DNA of 22,908 nucleotides from a virus (lineage: Duplodnaviria; Heunggongvirae; Uroviricota; Caudoviricetes). The first letter of the stretch is position 1, and each line of letters starts with the position of its first letter. Below the pieces are notes generated by a model. It did no database searches and had not been told where the DNA came from. It saw nothing but the letters and a program-made list of their open reading frames with translations. Of this stretch, positions 8,676 through 16,225 are shown piece by piece. The stretch lies in IMG/VR virus record IMGVR_UViG_2875703104_000003. One strand, given 5' to 3'. The position numbers and the translations under genes were made by a program.

Positions 8676-9257
8676 ATGAACAACTCATGGTGGCAGGAAC
8701 TAATGCATTTTTTCCTGCAAGGAATGACACTTAAACAGTTGATTCATATGCTAATCATCCTGATCATATTGATTATTGTTATGCCGGTAAGCGTAAAAGA
8801 ATGGATAAACCTGCATAGTCCAGAAATCCTTCCTCATTACTGGATGTATTACATCCTGTTGTTTTGCGTTAGCTATGTGCTTAACGGCGTTGTTAATTCC
8901 GCTTATCACGCTGTGACTGAAAGAATTGAGGTATTCGCTGCTCAGAAGCGCAAATCTAAAGAAGAAAAATATGTGCAAGATTTGTTTGATTCGTTAACTC
9001 TTGGAGAAAGAGCGTATTTGGCATTCGCTGTAGCCGCTAATAACCAGCTACAAACGGAAAAGGGCGCTCATGAATCAATTTCATTGCTCAAAAAAGGACT
9101 CCTCGTTCGAAGGCCTCCTGCTGTTGGATATCCTGATACCGACCGTTTCGTTATCCCTGAAAGCTATAGACATGAGTGCTACATTAGGTTTGCCGGGAAG
9201 GCAGACAGCCTTATGGATGAACTTATCGCTCAGGATAAGCATGGCAAAAACAAGTAA
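8676..9257 (+). CDS. sieB: SieB superinfection exclusion protein
   Basis: 193 aa, 'MNNSWWQELMHFFLQGMTLKQLIHMLIILIILIIVMPVSVKEW...' with an N-terminal hydrophobic segment; matches lambda SieB. Opposite orientation to the left operon, as in lambda. Confidence 0.85.
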   Translation: MNNSWWQELMHFFLQGMTLKQLIHMLIILIILIIVMPVSVKEWINLHSPEILPHYWMYYILLFCVSYVLNGVVNSAYHAVTERIEVFAAQKRKSKEEKYVQDLFDSLTLGERAYLAFAVAANNQLQTEKGAHESISLLKKGLLVRRPPAVGYPDTDRFVIPESYRHECYIRFAGKADSLMDELIAQDKHGKNK

Positions 9258-9273
9258 TTAGCAAATGAATTTA

Positions 9274-9546
9274 TCATCTCGCCGTCAGTTGTTTTGATTT
9301 CCGGTAGCCTGCCGCGTAAAGAGCTACGTTCGGAAGACAAGTTGAACCTTCATATTTTCTGGTCAACGTTGTCAGAGTTATCACTTCTGCTCTCATTGCT
9401 GGTTTGAGCTTGCATTGCAAGACCACTCGTGAAGGGGTTGGCCTGTGTAGCTTGTCGGAGCTGATCGCCTCCTGACTTTGCAGATTTGCGCGACGAGCTC
9501 TACGGCGAGAAGCTGCGGTGCCTTTAAATTCTGTTTTTCTGGACAT
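9274..9546 (-). CDS. N: N-type transcription antiterminator (P22 gp24-like family, not lambda N)
   Basis: Preferred start ATG 9544-9546 with GGGAGG RBS, giving 91 aa 'MSRKTEFKGTAASRRRARRANLQ...'. Arginine-rich N-terminus; C-terminus 'LPNVALYAAGYRKSKQLTAR' resembles P22 gp24 'LPGVALYAAGHRKSKQITAR' (from memory). First gene downstream of the pL region. Confidence 0.7.
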   Translation of the reverse strand: MSRKTEFKGTAASRRRARRANLQSQEAISSDKLHRPTPSRVVLQCKLKPAMRAEVITLTTLTRKYEGSTCLPNVALYAAGYRKSKQLTAR

Positions 9547-9644
9547 GGATTCCTCCCGAATAAACTTTGGCGATGCAATCTCGAAGCTCCTCCTGAGACG
9601 GTTGCTTCGGCATTGCATCCCACAGCTTATGTGGTTGGGTGATC

Positions 9645-9690
9645 TGGCTTTTCAGCCACGTAGTCGAGAGTCGACGTTGTTTAAAGAGCC
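9645..9690 (-). promoter_or_regulatory. Candidate nutL (boxA-like plus boxB hairpin)
   Basis: Minus-strand reading: boxA-like GCTCTTTAA (plus 9682..9690) and a boxB-like hairpin UGGCU-GAAA-AGCCA (plus 9645..9658), between pL and N. Same architecture and spacing as the proposed nutR. Confidence 0.45.
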
Positions 9691-9699
9691 TGCCAGTCT

Positions 9700-9830
9700 G
9701 TTCCATTTGGCTTCCAGCGTCCTGCTGACGGTTAAATAGTACGATATGTACTTTACAAGATCAATACAATTTGTTGTAAGTTGGCGTGGTTTTTTATAAC
9801 GCTTTGTATTTAATAGTGTTGTTTTTTAGC
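9700..9830 (-). promoter_or_regulatory. pL / OL operator region (approximate)
   Basis: Lies between the terminator after the rex-slot cassette and nutL. Contains palindrome AGTAC-GATAT-GTACT at 9738..9752 and TTGTAT/AGTAC half-site motifs that recur in the cI-cro intergenic region. Promoter elements not resolved. Confidence 0.35.
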
Positions 9831-9950
9831 GTGGATGTATTGCCTCGGCGATGTAAGGAGAGATCAGAATTGCGTGGTTTAGTGGGTTGCATCTATTTAT
9901 TTTTCAATAAATATAATTGGTTATGTGTTTTTAGGTGGGCGAACGTGAGG

Positions 9951-9977
9951 CAAAGAAAACCCGGCGCTGAGGCCGGG
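9951..9977 (-). terminator. Rho-independent terminator ending the cI operon (tImm-like)
   Basis: Hairpin CCCGGC-GCTGAG-GCCGGG at 9960..9977, 6 nt after the stop of the 250-aa gene; on the minus strand it is followed by TTTTCTTTG. Confidence 0.5.
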
Positions 9978-9982
9978 TTGTA

Positions 9983-10735
9983 TTATGCTGCAAGTCTCTT
10001 AACCCAAGTCTCTCTTTTGGAGAATGGTAGAACTTGGCTTGATTCATGGAAGAGTAAGGAGAGTTGTTGCATTTGATCACCAATTGCTTCGCTGTCTATA
10101 ACAACAAATCTGTTGTTATACTCCTCACTTGAAGCTTTAAGATCAATTAGTTTCCCAAGCAATGAGTAAGCACTATTCCAGCTTCCTCCGTGTTTCACGC
10201 TTGATGTAAAAACGTATTTAGGTATGTCGGTTTTTATTGTTACAGGGACGGTAATTTGATGTCCACTCAAGCCATATACGTTTTCACGAAGAGAAAGTGC
10301 GTCTCTAAGCTCTGTGTGATATAGATAATCAATAACCATACTTTCAAACTTTTCAGCTTGAACTGGCTGATACCAGTCTAACGACAAAGTTGATGCGAGT
10401 ATACCAGCTCTAATTATGTTCGATGTAATCGCACCGACATCCTTTTCTGTTGCCCAAGCAATGATTTCTCCTCGAGCATTGAGTTCTGCGCCTTCTTTAA
10501 GCAGTAATTGTCGTATCTCATCAAGTCGTTTTTTGGTAAGCGAGATCCCTCTTGCCTCCATATTCATTAAGGCATCGCATCTGTCACTAACTAAATACCT
10601 ACCATTGACTTCACGGATAAAGGCACCGACATGCTCTCCATCATCACAGTAAGTGAATGGACTGATAATTCTCAAGGTCTTGCCTATTGGATGGCATTCG
10701 AAACCTAGTTGTGAGATCACTGTTGAGCACATCAT
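9983..10735 (-). CDS. Uncharacterized protein B of the rex-slot cassette (250 aa)
   Basis: ATG at 10733-10735 overlaps the stop of the upstream 185-aa gene (ATGA), so translation is probably coupled. No motif I recognise (no P-loop, no clear TM helices). Visibly AT-rich. Confidence 0.7.
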   Translation of the reverse strand: MMCSTVISQLGFECHPIGKTLRIISPFTYCDDGEHVGAFIREVNGRYLVSDRCDALMNMEARGISLTKKRLDEIRQLLLKEGAELNARGEIIAWATEKDVGAITSNIIRAGILASTLSLDWYQPVQAEKFESMVIDYLYHTELRDALSLRENVYGLSGHQITVPVTIKTDIPKYVFTSSVKHGGSWNSAYSLLGKLIDLKASSEEYNNRFVVIDSEAIGDQMQQLSLLFHESSQVLPFSKRETWVKRLAA

Positions 10736-11289
10736 ATTCCAAACCCCATTTGCCCCGACTCATCTTCAAGCGGTAAAGGTATTCTCCCAGAGTAAGTTAT
10801 GTTCAGATGTTTACAGAAGTAATTCCAATACCCTACCAGGTCATCTGGGTTTATGTCATCTTCGATTGGAAACGCTATTCTATCACTATAGTATCCAGCT
10901 TCTTCATAGTATACATGGTAGTGAGCACCGTAAATGATATCTTGGTACTTCGGATGATCGACCTTGTAACTATTCGTGTGTTTGTCAAAGTGATAGGTAT
11001 CTACCGCGAAAACCCTCTTGTTATGATAGAAAGCAATAATATTTATTTTAGGGTAAGAAATCGGGTCATCAGGTTCTGAATCCTGATCTGGTTTCCATTT
11101 CAGTTCAAACTTTAGCCCTTGTATAGGTATACAATCCTCATCCAAGGGGATGATATGGGCTTGTAGCCACATATCAGAGCGACTTGGTTTCTGTTTCCAT
11201 TTAACGCCAGAAAAGTTAACTATTTTTTTACAATAAAGTACTTTATCAACTTCTACTTGGCTTGGCTGATAATCATCTATTTTTGCCAA
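10732..11289 (-). CDS. Uncharacterized protein A of the rex-slot cassette (185 aa, start uncertain)
   Basis: Long ORF directly downstream of cI on the same strand. The ORF opens with TTG at 11287-11289, two codons after an in-frame TAA; the first in-frame ATG is at codon 40. Tyr/Asp-rich, no recognisable motif. AT-rich. Confidence 0.65.
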   Translation of the reverse strand: MAKIDDYQPSQVEVDKVLYCKKIVNFSGVKWKQKPSRSDMWLQAHIIPLDEDCIPIQGLKFELKWKPDQDSEPDDPISYPKINIIAFYHNKRVFAVDTYHFDKHTNSYKVDHPKYQDIIYGAHYHVYYEEAGYYSDRIAFPIEDDINPDDLVGYWNYFCKHLNITYSGRIPLPLEDESGQMGFGI

Positions 11290-11328
11290 TGTTTACCGCC
11301 CTGTAAATTGTAGATAAAAGTGGTTTCA

Positions 11329-11988
11329 TCACCCAAACGTCTCTTCAGGCCATTGGCTGGCGATAACTTTCCCCACAACGGAACAACTCTCATTGCATGG
11401 GATCATTGGGTATTGTGGGTTTAGTGGCTGTAGAAACACCTGACCGCTATCCCTGATCAGTTTCTTGAAGGTAAATTCATCACCACCAAGTCTGGCTATG
11501 CAGAAATCGCCGGGCTCAACAGCTTGCTCAGGGTCAACCAGAATTAACATCCCGTCAGGAAAGCTGGGTTTGGAACCTGTTGGTGCGGTCATTGAGTTAC
11601 CTTCAACCTCAAGCCAGAATGCAGAGTCACTGGCTTTTTTGGTTGTGCTTACCAATCTCTCCGCATCGCCTTTGGTAAAGGTTCTGAGTTCTGGAGAGAA
11701 CATCCCAGCCTGAACATGAGAAAAAACAGGGTACTCATATTGTTTTTTAACTGGGGCCGATGAGTATTCGCCAACAGGTGAAAATGTCCCGTCGTGGTTG
11801 AATGATATGTTATCAATACCAAGGTATTTAAACACCACACCAATATCACTAAGAGATGGATGACGAGATCCGCGCAACCAGTGTCCAATCCCACCCTGCG
11901 TCATACCTAGCTCTTCGGCTAACTTCTCTTGAGTTATGCCGAGCTCTTTCATTCTGGATCTAGCCAGTTCATACCATTTCATTTTCAT
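11329..11988 (-). CDS. cI: cI prophage repressor, hybrid (lambda-type C-terminal domain, non-lambda N-terminal DNA-binding domain)
   Basis: C-terminal part from '[28 protein letters not shown]' to '...[13 protein letters not shown]' matches lambda cI, including the Ser/Lys autocleavage region. N-terminal HTH '[38 protein letters not shown]' differs from lambda. Start is ATG 11986-11988 or 11980-11982; the track ORF extends to 12030. Confidence 0.85.
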   Translation of the reverse strand: MKMKWYELARSRMKELGITQEKLAEELGMTQGGIGHWLRGSRHPSLSDIGVVFKYLGIDNISFNHDGTFSPVGEYSSAPVKKQYEYPVFSHVQAGMFSPELRTFTKGDAERLVSTTKKASDSAFWLEVEGNSMTAPTGSKPSFPDGMLILVDPEQAVEPGDFCIARLGGDEFTFKKLIRDSGQVFLQPLNPQYPMIPCNESCSVVGKVIASQWPEETFG

Positions 11989-12099
11989 GTCCTTATTATT
12001 ACGCTCTGTACTGGAACCATCCATGCACAATGTGTATTTTTACTTGTATTCGCAAAGTACATATTGTATTTTTTTATTCGTGTTTACTATGGAGGGCAT
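11989..12099. promoter_or_regulatory. OR operators with divergent pRM / pR (cI-cro intergenic region)
   Basis: About 110 bp between divergent cI and cro (about 100 bp in lambda). Three TGTATT repeats at 12033, 12045 and 12065, and the imperfect inverted repeat TACTTGTATTCGCAAAGTA at 12041..12059. Individual operators not resolved. Confidence 0.55.
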
Positions 12100-12315
12100 A
12101 TGAGCAACCTACGAAAATATCGAGAGTCACTGAATATCTCTCAAACAACACTTGCTAAGGCAGTTGGATGCACACAGGGAGCTATCGGACATTGGGAATC
12201 TGGTCGTCGCTTCCCAGACCTTAAAACATGCCGTGCTCTTGTTGCGTGCCTAAACAAGTTAGGCGCAAAAGTCAGTCTTGATGACGTGTTCCCGCCGGAA
12301 CACAAAGCCGCTTAA
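12100..12315 (+). CDS. cro: Cro-like repressor (HTH type)
   Basis: ATG at 12100, 71 aa 'MSNLRKYRESLNISQTTLAKAVGCTQGAIGHWESGRRFPDLKTCRALVACLNKLGAKVSLDDVFPPEHKAA' with a helix-turn-helix. GGAGGG lies only 3 nt upstream of the ATG, an unusually short spacer. First rightward gene opposite cI. Confidence 0.8.
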   Translation: MSNLRKYRESLNISQTTLAKAVGCTQGAIGHWESGRRFPDLKTCRALVACLNKLGAKVSLDDVFPPEHKAA

Positions 12316-12325
12316 TAAGCGGATC

Positions 12326-12371
12326 CGCTCTTTGTAACAACGGACATTCGTCCTACGTCGCTGAAAAGCGA
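12326..12371 (+). promoter_or_regulatory. Candidate nutR (boxA-like CGCTCTTT plus boxB hairpin)
   Basis: boxA-like CGCTCTTT at 12326..12333; hairpin UCGCU-GAAA-AGCGA at 12358..12371, a 5-bp stem with a GAAA loop like lambda boxB. Located between cro and cII. Confidence 0.5.
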
Positions 12372-12400
12372 GTTCCAAGATATCTGACCAACTAAGGCCA

Positions 12401-12418
12401 TATGCGTTTCCACGCATA
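12401..12418 (+). terminator. Candidate tR1-like hairpin
   Basis: Inverted repeat TATGCGT-TTCC-ACGCATA between nutR and cII; the downstream tract is only moderately T-rich, so this may be rho-dependent or not a terminator. Confidence 0.3.
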
Positions 12419-12456
12419 CCTTTCAACTAACTATTCACTATTGGAAATCTTAAGAA

Positions 12457-12753
12457 ATGGAAAGAACAAGTTACAGCAAACTATCACAGCGTGACGTTGA
12501 TCGCGCAGAAACAGATTTACTTATCAATCTGTCAGCTATTACCCAGCGCGGTCTGGCAAAGATGATTGGCTGTCATGAATCGAAGATAAGCAGAACGGAC
12601 TGGAGATTTATTGCTTCGGTCTTGTGTGCTTTCGGAATGGCATCAGACATCAGTCCGATTAGCAGGGCTTTTAAGTATGCGCTTGATGGACTCACCAATA
12701 AAAAACGCCCGGCGGCAACCGAGCGTTCTGAACAAATCCAGATGGAATTCTGA
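12457..12753 (+). CDS. cII: cII-like transcriptional activator (mosaic; lambda-identical C-terminal tail)
   Basis: 98 aa. C-terminal 'TNKKRPAATERSEQIQMEF' matches the lambda cII C-terminus; the N-terminal two thirds differ. Confidence 0.8.
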   Translation: MERTSYSKLSQRDVDRAETDLLINLSAITQRGLAKMIGCHESKISRTDWRFIASVLCAFGMASDISPISRAFKYALDGLTNKKRPAATERSEQIQMEF

Positions 12754-12785
12754 GGTCATTACTGGATCAATCCACAGGAGTCATT

Positions 12786-13685
12786 ATGACAAATACAGCA
12801 AAAATACTCAACTTCTGCAGAGGTAACTTTGCCAAACAGGAGCGTAATGTGGCAGATCTCGATGATGGTTACGCCAGACTATCAAATATGCTGCTTGAGG
12901 CTTATTCAGGCGCAGATCTGACCAAGCGACAGTTTAAAGTGCTGCTTGCCATTCTGCGTAAAACCTATGGATGGAATAAACCAATGGACAGAATCACCGA
13001 TTCTCAACTTAGCGAGATTACAAAGTTACCCGTCAAACGGTGCAATGAAGCCAAGTTAGAACTCGTCAGAATGAATATTATCAAGCAGCAAGGCGGCATG
13101 TTTGGACCAAATAAAAACATCTCAGAATGGTGTATCCCTCAAAACGAGGGAAAATCCCCTAAAACGAGGGATAAAACATCCCTCAAATTGGGGGATTGCT
13201 ATCCCTCAAAACAGGGGGACACAAAAGACACTATTACAAAAGAAAAAAGAAAAGATTATTCGTCAGAGAATTCTGGCGAATCCTCTGACCAGCCAGAAAA
13301 CGACCTTTCTGTGGTGAAACCGGATGCTGCAATTCAGAGCGGCAGCAAGTGGGGGACAGCAGAAGACCTGACCGCCGCAGAATGGATGTTTGACATGGTG
13401 AAGACCATCGCGCCATCAGCCAGAAAACCGAATTTTGCAGGGTGGGCTAACGATATCCGCCTGATGCGTGAACGTGACGGACGTAACCATCGCGACATGT
13501 GTGTACTGTTCCGCTGGGCATGCCAGGACAACTTCTGGTCCGGTAACGTGCTGAGCCCGGCCAAACTCCGCGACAAGTGGACCCAGCTCGAAATCAACCG
13601 TAACAAGCAACAGGCAGGTGTGACAGCCTGCAAACCAAAACTCGACCTGACAAACACTGACTGGATTTACGGGGTGGATTTATGA
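12786..13685 (+). CDS. O: Replication initiator O
   Basis: 299 aa, 'MTNTAKILNFCRGNFAKQERNVADLDDGYARLSNMLLEAYSGADLTKRQFKVLLAILRKTYGWNKPMDRITDSQLSEITKLPVKRCNEAKLELVRMNIIKQQ...' matches lambda O. AGGAG RBS. Confidence 0.95.
   Translation: MTNTAKILNFCRGNFAKQERNVADLDDGYARLSNMLLEAYSGADLTKRQFKVLLAILRKTYGWNKPMDRITDSQLSEITKLPVKRCNEAKLELVRMNIIKQQGGMFGPNKNISEWCIPQNEGKSPKTRDKTSLKLGDCYPSKQGDTKDTITKEKRKDYSSENSGESSDQPENDLSVVKPDAAIQSGSKWGTAEDLTAAEWMFDMVKTIAPSARKPNFAGWANDIRLMRERDGRNHRDMCVLFRWACQDNFWSGNVLSPAKLRDKWTQLEINRNKQQAGVTACKPKLDLTNTDWIYGVDL
13134..13260 (+). repeat. ori-lambda: four iterons plus AT-rich unwinding region inside O
   Basis: Four direct repeats of about 18 bp of the TCCCTCAAAACGAGGGA type at about 13135, 13155, 13179 and 13202, followed by an A-rich stretch (ACAAAAGAAAAAAGAAAAGATTATT). 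Confidence 0.85.
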
Positions 13686-14383
13686 AAAACATCGCCGCAC
13701 AGATGGTTAATTTTGACCGTGAGCAGATGCGTCGGATCGCCAACAACATGCCGGAACAGTACGACGAAAAGCCGCAGGTACAGCAGGTAGCGCAGATCAT
13801 CAACGGTGTGTTCAGCCAGTTACTGGCAACTTTCCCGGCGAGTCTGGCTAACCGTGACCAGAACGAACTGAACGAAATCCGCCGCCAGTGGGTTCTGGCT
13901 TTCCGGGAAAACGGGATCACCACAATGGAACAGGTTAACGCAGGAATGCGCGTAGCCCGTCGGCAGAATCGACCATTTCTGCCATCACCCGGGCAGTTTG
14001 TTGCATGGTGCCGGGAAGAAGCATCCGTTATCGCCGGACTGCCAAACGTCAGCGAGCTGGTTGATATGGTTTACGAGTATTGCCGGAAGCGAGGCCTGTA
14101 TCCGGATGCAGAGTCTTATCCGTGGAAATCGAACGCGCACTACTGGCTGGTTACCAACCTGTACCAGAACATGCGGGCCAATGCGCTGACTGACGCGGAA
14201 TTACGACGCAAGGCTGCCGATGAACTGACCTGTATGACAGCGCGAATTAACCGTGGTGAGACGATACCTGAACCAGTAAAACAACTTCCTGTCATGGGCG
14301 GCAGACCTCTAAATCGTGTTCAGGCGCTGGCGAAGATCGCAGAAATTAAAGCTAAGTTAGGACTGAAAGGAGCAAGTGTATGA
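13682..14383 (+). CDS. P: Replication protein P (DnaB helicase loader)
   Basis: 233 aa, 'MKNIAAQMVNFDREQMRRIANNMPEQYDEKPQVQQVAQIINGVFSQLLATFPASLANRDQNELNEIRRQW...' matches lambda P. Start overlaps the O stop. Confidence 0.95.
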   Translation: MKNIAAQMVNFDREQMRRIANNMPEQYDEKPQVQQVAQIINGVFSQLLATFPASLANRDQNELNEIRRQWVLAFRENGITTMEQVNAGMRVARRQNRPFLPSPGQFVAWCREEASVIAGLPNVSELVDMVYEYCRKRGLYPDAESYPWKSNAHYWLVTNLYQNMRANALTDAELRRKAADELTCMTARINRGETIPEPVKQLPVMGGRPLNRVQALAKIAEIKAKLGLKGASV

Positions 14384-14670
14384 CGGGCAAAGAGGCAATT
14401 ATTCATTACCTGGGGACGCATAATAGCTTCTGTGCGCCGGACGTTGCCGCGCTAACAGGCGCAACAGTAACCAGCATAAATCAGGCCGCGGCTAAAATGG
14501 CACGGGCAGGTCTTCTGGTTATCGAAGGTAAGGTCTGGCGAACGGTGTATTACCGGTTTGCTACCAAGGAAGAACGGGAAGGAAAGATGAGCACGAACCT
14601 GATTTTTAAGGAGTGTCGCCAGAGTGCCACGATGAAACGGATATTGGCGGTATATGGAGTTAAAAGATGA
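14380..14670 (+). CDS. ren: Ren (Rex-exclusion relief)
   Basis: 96 aa, 'MTGKEAIIHYLGTHNSFCAPDVAALTGATVTSINQAAAKMARAGLLVIEGKVWRTVYYRFATKEEREGKMSTNLIFKECRQSATMKRILAVYGVKR' matches lambda Ren. Confidence 0.85.
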   Translation: MTGKEAIIHYLGTHNSFCAPDVAALTGATVTSINQAAAKMARAGLLVIEGKVWRTVYYRFATKEEREGKMSTNLIFKECRQSATMKRILAVYGVKR

Positions 14671-14695
14671 CCATCTACATCACTGAGCTAATAAC

Positions 14696-14727
14696 AGGCC
14701 TGCAGGTAATCGCAGGCCTTTTTATTT
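14696..14727 (+). terminator. Rho-independent terminator (tR2-like) between ren and ninB
   Basis: 8-bp stem AGGCCTGC / GCAGGCCT with loop AGGTAATC, followed by TTTTTATTT. Confidence 0.6.
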
Positions 14728-14743
14728 GGGGGAGAGGGAAGTC

Positions 14744-15184
14744 ATGAAAAAACTAACCTTTGAAATTCGATCTCCGGCACATCAGCAAAACGCTATTCAC
14801 GCAGTACAGCAAATCCTTCCAGACCCAACCAAACCAATCGTAGTAACCATTCAGGAACGCAACCGCAGCTTAGACCAAAACAGGAAGCTATGGGCCTGCT
14901 TAGGTGACGTCTCTCGTCAGGTTGAATGGCATGGTCGCTGGCTGGATGCAGAAAGCTGGAAGTGTGTGTTTACCGCAGCATTAAAGCAGCAGGATGTTGT
15001 TCCTAACCTTGCCGGGAATGGCTTTGTGGTAATAGGCCAGTCAACCAGCAGGATGCGTGTAAGCGAATTTGCGGAGCTATTAGAGCTTATACAGGCATTC
15101 GGTACAGAGCGTGGCGTTAAGTGGTCAGACGAAGCGCGACTGGCTCTCGAATGGAAAGCGCGATGGGGAGATCGGGCTGCATGA
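14744..15184 (+). CDS. ninB: NinB recombination protein
   Basis: ATG at 14744 with GAGGGAAG RBS; 146 aa 'MKKLTFEIRSPAHQQNAIHAVQQILPDPTKPIVVTIQERNRSLDQNRKLWACLGDVSRQVEWHGRWLDAESWKCVF...' matches lambda NinB. Confidence 0.85.
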   Translation: MKKLTFEIRSPAHQQNAIHAVQQILPDPTKPIVVTIQERNRSLDQNRKLWACLGDVSRQVEWHGRWLDAESWKCVFTAALKQQDVVPNLAGNGFVVIGQSTSRMRVSEFAELLELIQAFGTERGVKWSDEARLALEWKARWGDRAA

Positions 15185-15708
15185 CTATCAAATCAAATAC
15201 GCCAGCACACGACAAGGACTGCTGGCAAACGCCGCTTTGGCTTTTTGATGCACTGGATATTGAGTTTGGATTCTGGCTGGATTCGGCAGCGAGCGACAAA
15301 AATGCTCTGTGCGCTCACTGGCTAACTGAGGACGACGACGCGCTCAATTCTGAGTGGGTAAGCCACGGTGCAATCTGGAATAACCCACCGTACAGCAATA
15401 TCAGGCCGTGGGTGGAAAAAGCCGCTGAGCAGTGTATACAACAGCGACAGACGGTAGTGATGCTTGTGCCAGAGGATATGTCTGTCGGATGGTTCAGCAA
15501 GGCTCTGGAGAGTGTTGACGAAGTTCGTATTATCACTGATGGACGGATTAATTTTATCGAACCATCGACAGGGCTGGAGAAGAAGGGAAACAGCAAAGGC
15601 TCCATGCTGCTGATTTGGCGACCGTTCATCAGTCCTCGACGGATGTTTACTACCGTATCCAAAGCGGCATTGATGGCGATCGGGCAGGGCGTCAGGAGGG
15701 CTGCATGA
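15181..15708 (+). CDS. Phage Dam-like DNA N6-adenine methyltransferase (orphan)
   Basis: ATG at 15181 overlaps the ninB stop (ATGA). 175 aa '[31 protein letters not shown]...[16 protein letters not shown]...' with the NPPY amino-methyltransferase motif. No adjacent restriction gene. Confidence 0.8.
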   Translation: MTIKSNTPAHDKDCWQTPLWLFDALDIEFGFWLDSAASDKNALCAHWLTEDDDALNSEWVSHGAIWNNPPYSNIRPWVEKAAEQCIQQRQTVVMLVPEDMSVGWFSKALESVDEVRIITDGRINFIEPSTGLEKKGNSKGSMLLIWRPFISPRRMFTTVSKAALMAIGQGVRRAA

Positions 15709-15881
15709 GACGACAGCGACGAAGCATCACCGACATAATCTGCGAAAACTGCAAATACCTTCCAACGAAACGCTCCAGAAATAAACGCAAGCTAATCCCA
15801 AAAGAATCTGACGTAAAAACCTTCAATTACACAGCCCACCTGTGGGATATCCGGTGGCTAAGATATCGTGCGAGGAAATGA
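15705..15881 (+). CDS. ninE: NinE
   Basis: 58 aa '[58 protein letters not shown]' matches lambda NinE. ATGA overlap with the methyltransferase stop. Confidence 0.85.
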   Translation: MRRQRRSITDIICENCKYLPTKRSRNKRKLIPKESDVKTFNYTAHLWDIRWLRYRARK

Positions 15882-16225
15882 CAATGGATTATTCACAGTT
15901 AAGTGATTTTGAAATTAACAGAATGGTAGGAGACATAATTTTTAAAGGCCTTTGGGCAAGTAAACCGGAAACATCAGGGAATAACACCAACAAATGGTAT
16001 TACGGAAATGCTGATACAACTTTTGAGCCATTAAATCATTTGCCTGACTACTGCAATGATCCGAGCGCTTCATGGCCGATTATTGAGAAATACAGGATTT
16101 CTATCTTAGACCAGTTAACTGAATGGTGTGTGGATGCAAAAGGCGTAAGCCCAATATTTGATACCAGACCTCTCCGCGCCGCCATGATTGTCTTTCTCCT
16201 GATGCAGGAGGCCAATAATGCTTAG
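15878..16225 (+). CDS. Hypothetical nin-region protein
   Basis: ATG at 15878 overlaps the ninE stop (ATGA); an alternative ATG lies at 15884. 115 aa '[69 protein letters not shown]...'. No motif recognised. Confidence 0.5.
   Translation: MTMDYSQLSDFEINRMVGDIIFKGLWASKPETSGNNTNKWYYGNADTTFEPLNHLPDYCNDPSASWPIIEKYRISILDQLTEWCVDAKGVSPIFDTRPLRAAMIVFLLMQEANNA

Noticed and set aside
9786-10076. 96-aa plus-strand ORF in the pL / terminator region
   Set aside because: Lies across the terminator hairpin and the 3' end of the 250-aa minus-strand gene, in the operator/promoter region; no RBS and implausible context.
11989-12030. N-terminal extension of cI ([14 protein letters not shown]...) as given by the ORF track
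   Set aside because: It would push the cI start into the operator/promoter region; the ATGs at 11988 and 11982 are more consistent with a lambda-like pRM layout. Not experimentally resolvable from sequence alone.
13134-13220. Array of four direct repeats of about 18 bp, considered as a possible CRISPR or regulatory repeat array
   Set aside because: These are the ori-lambda iterons inside the O gene, followed by the AT-rich unwinding region. Too few repeats, no unique spacers, no cas genes.
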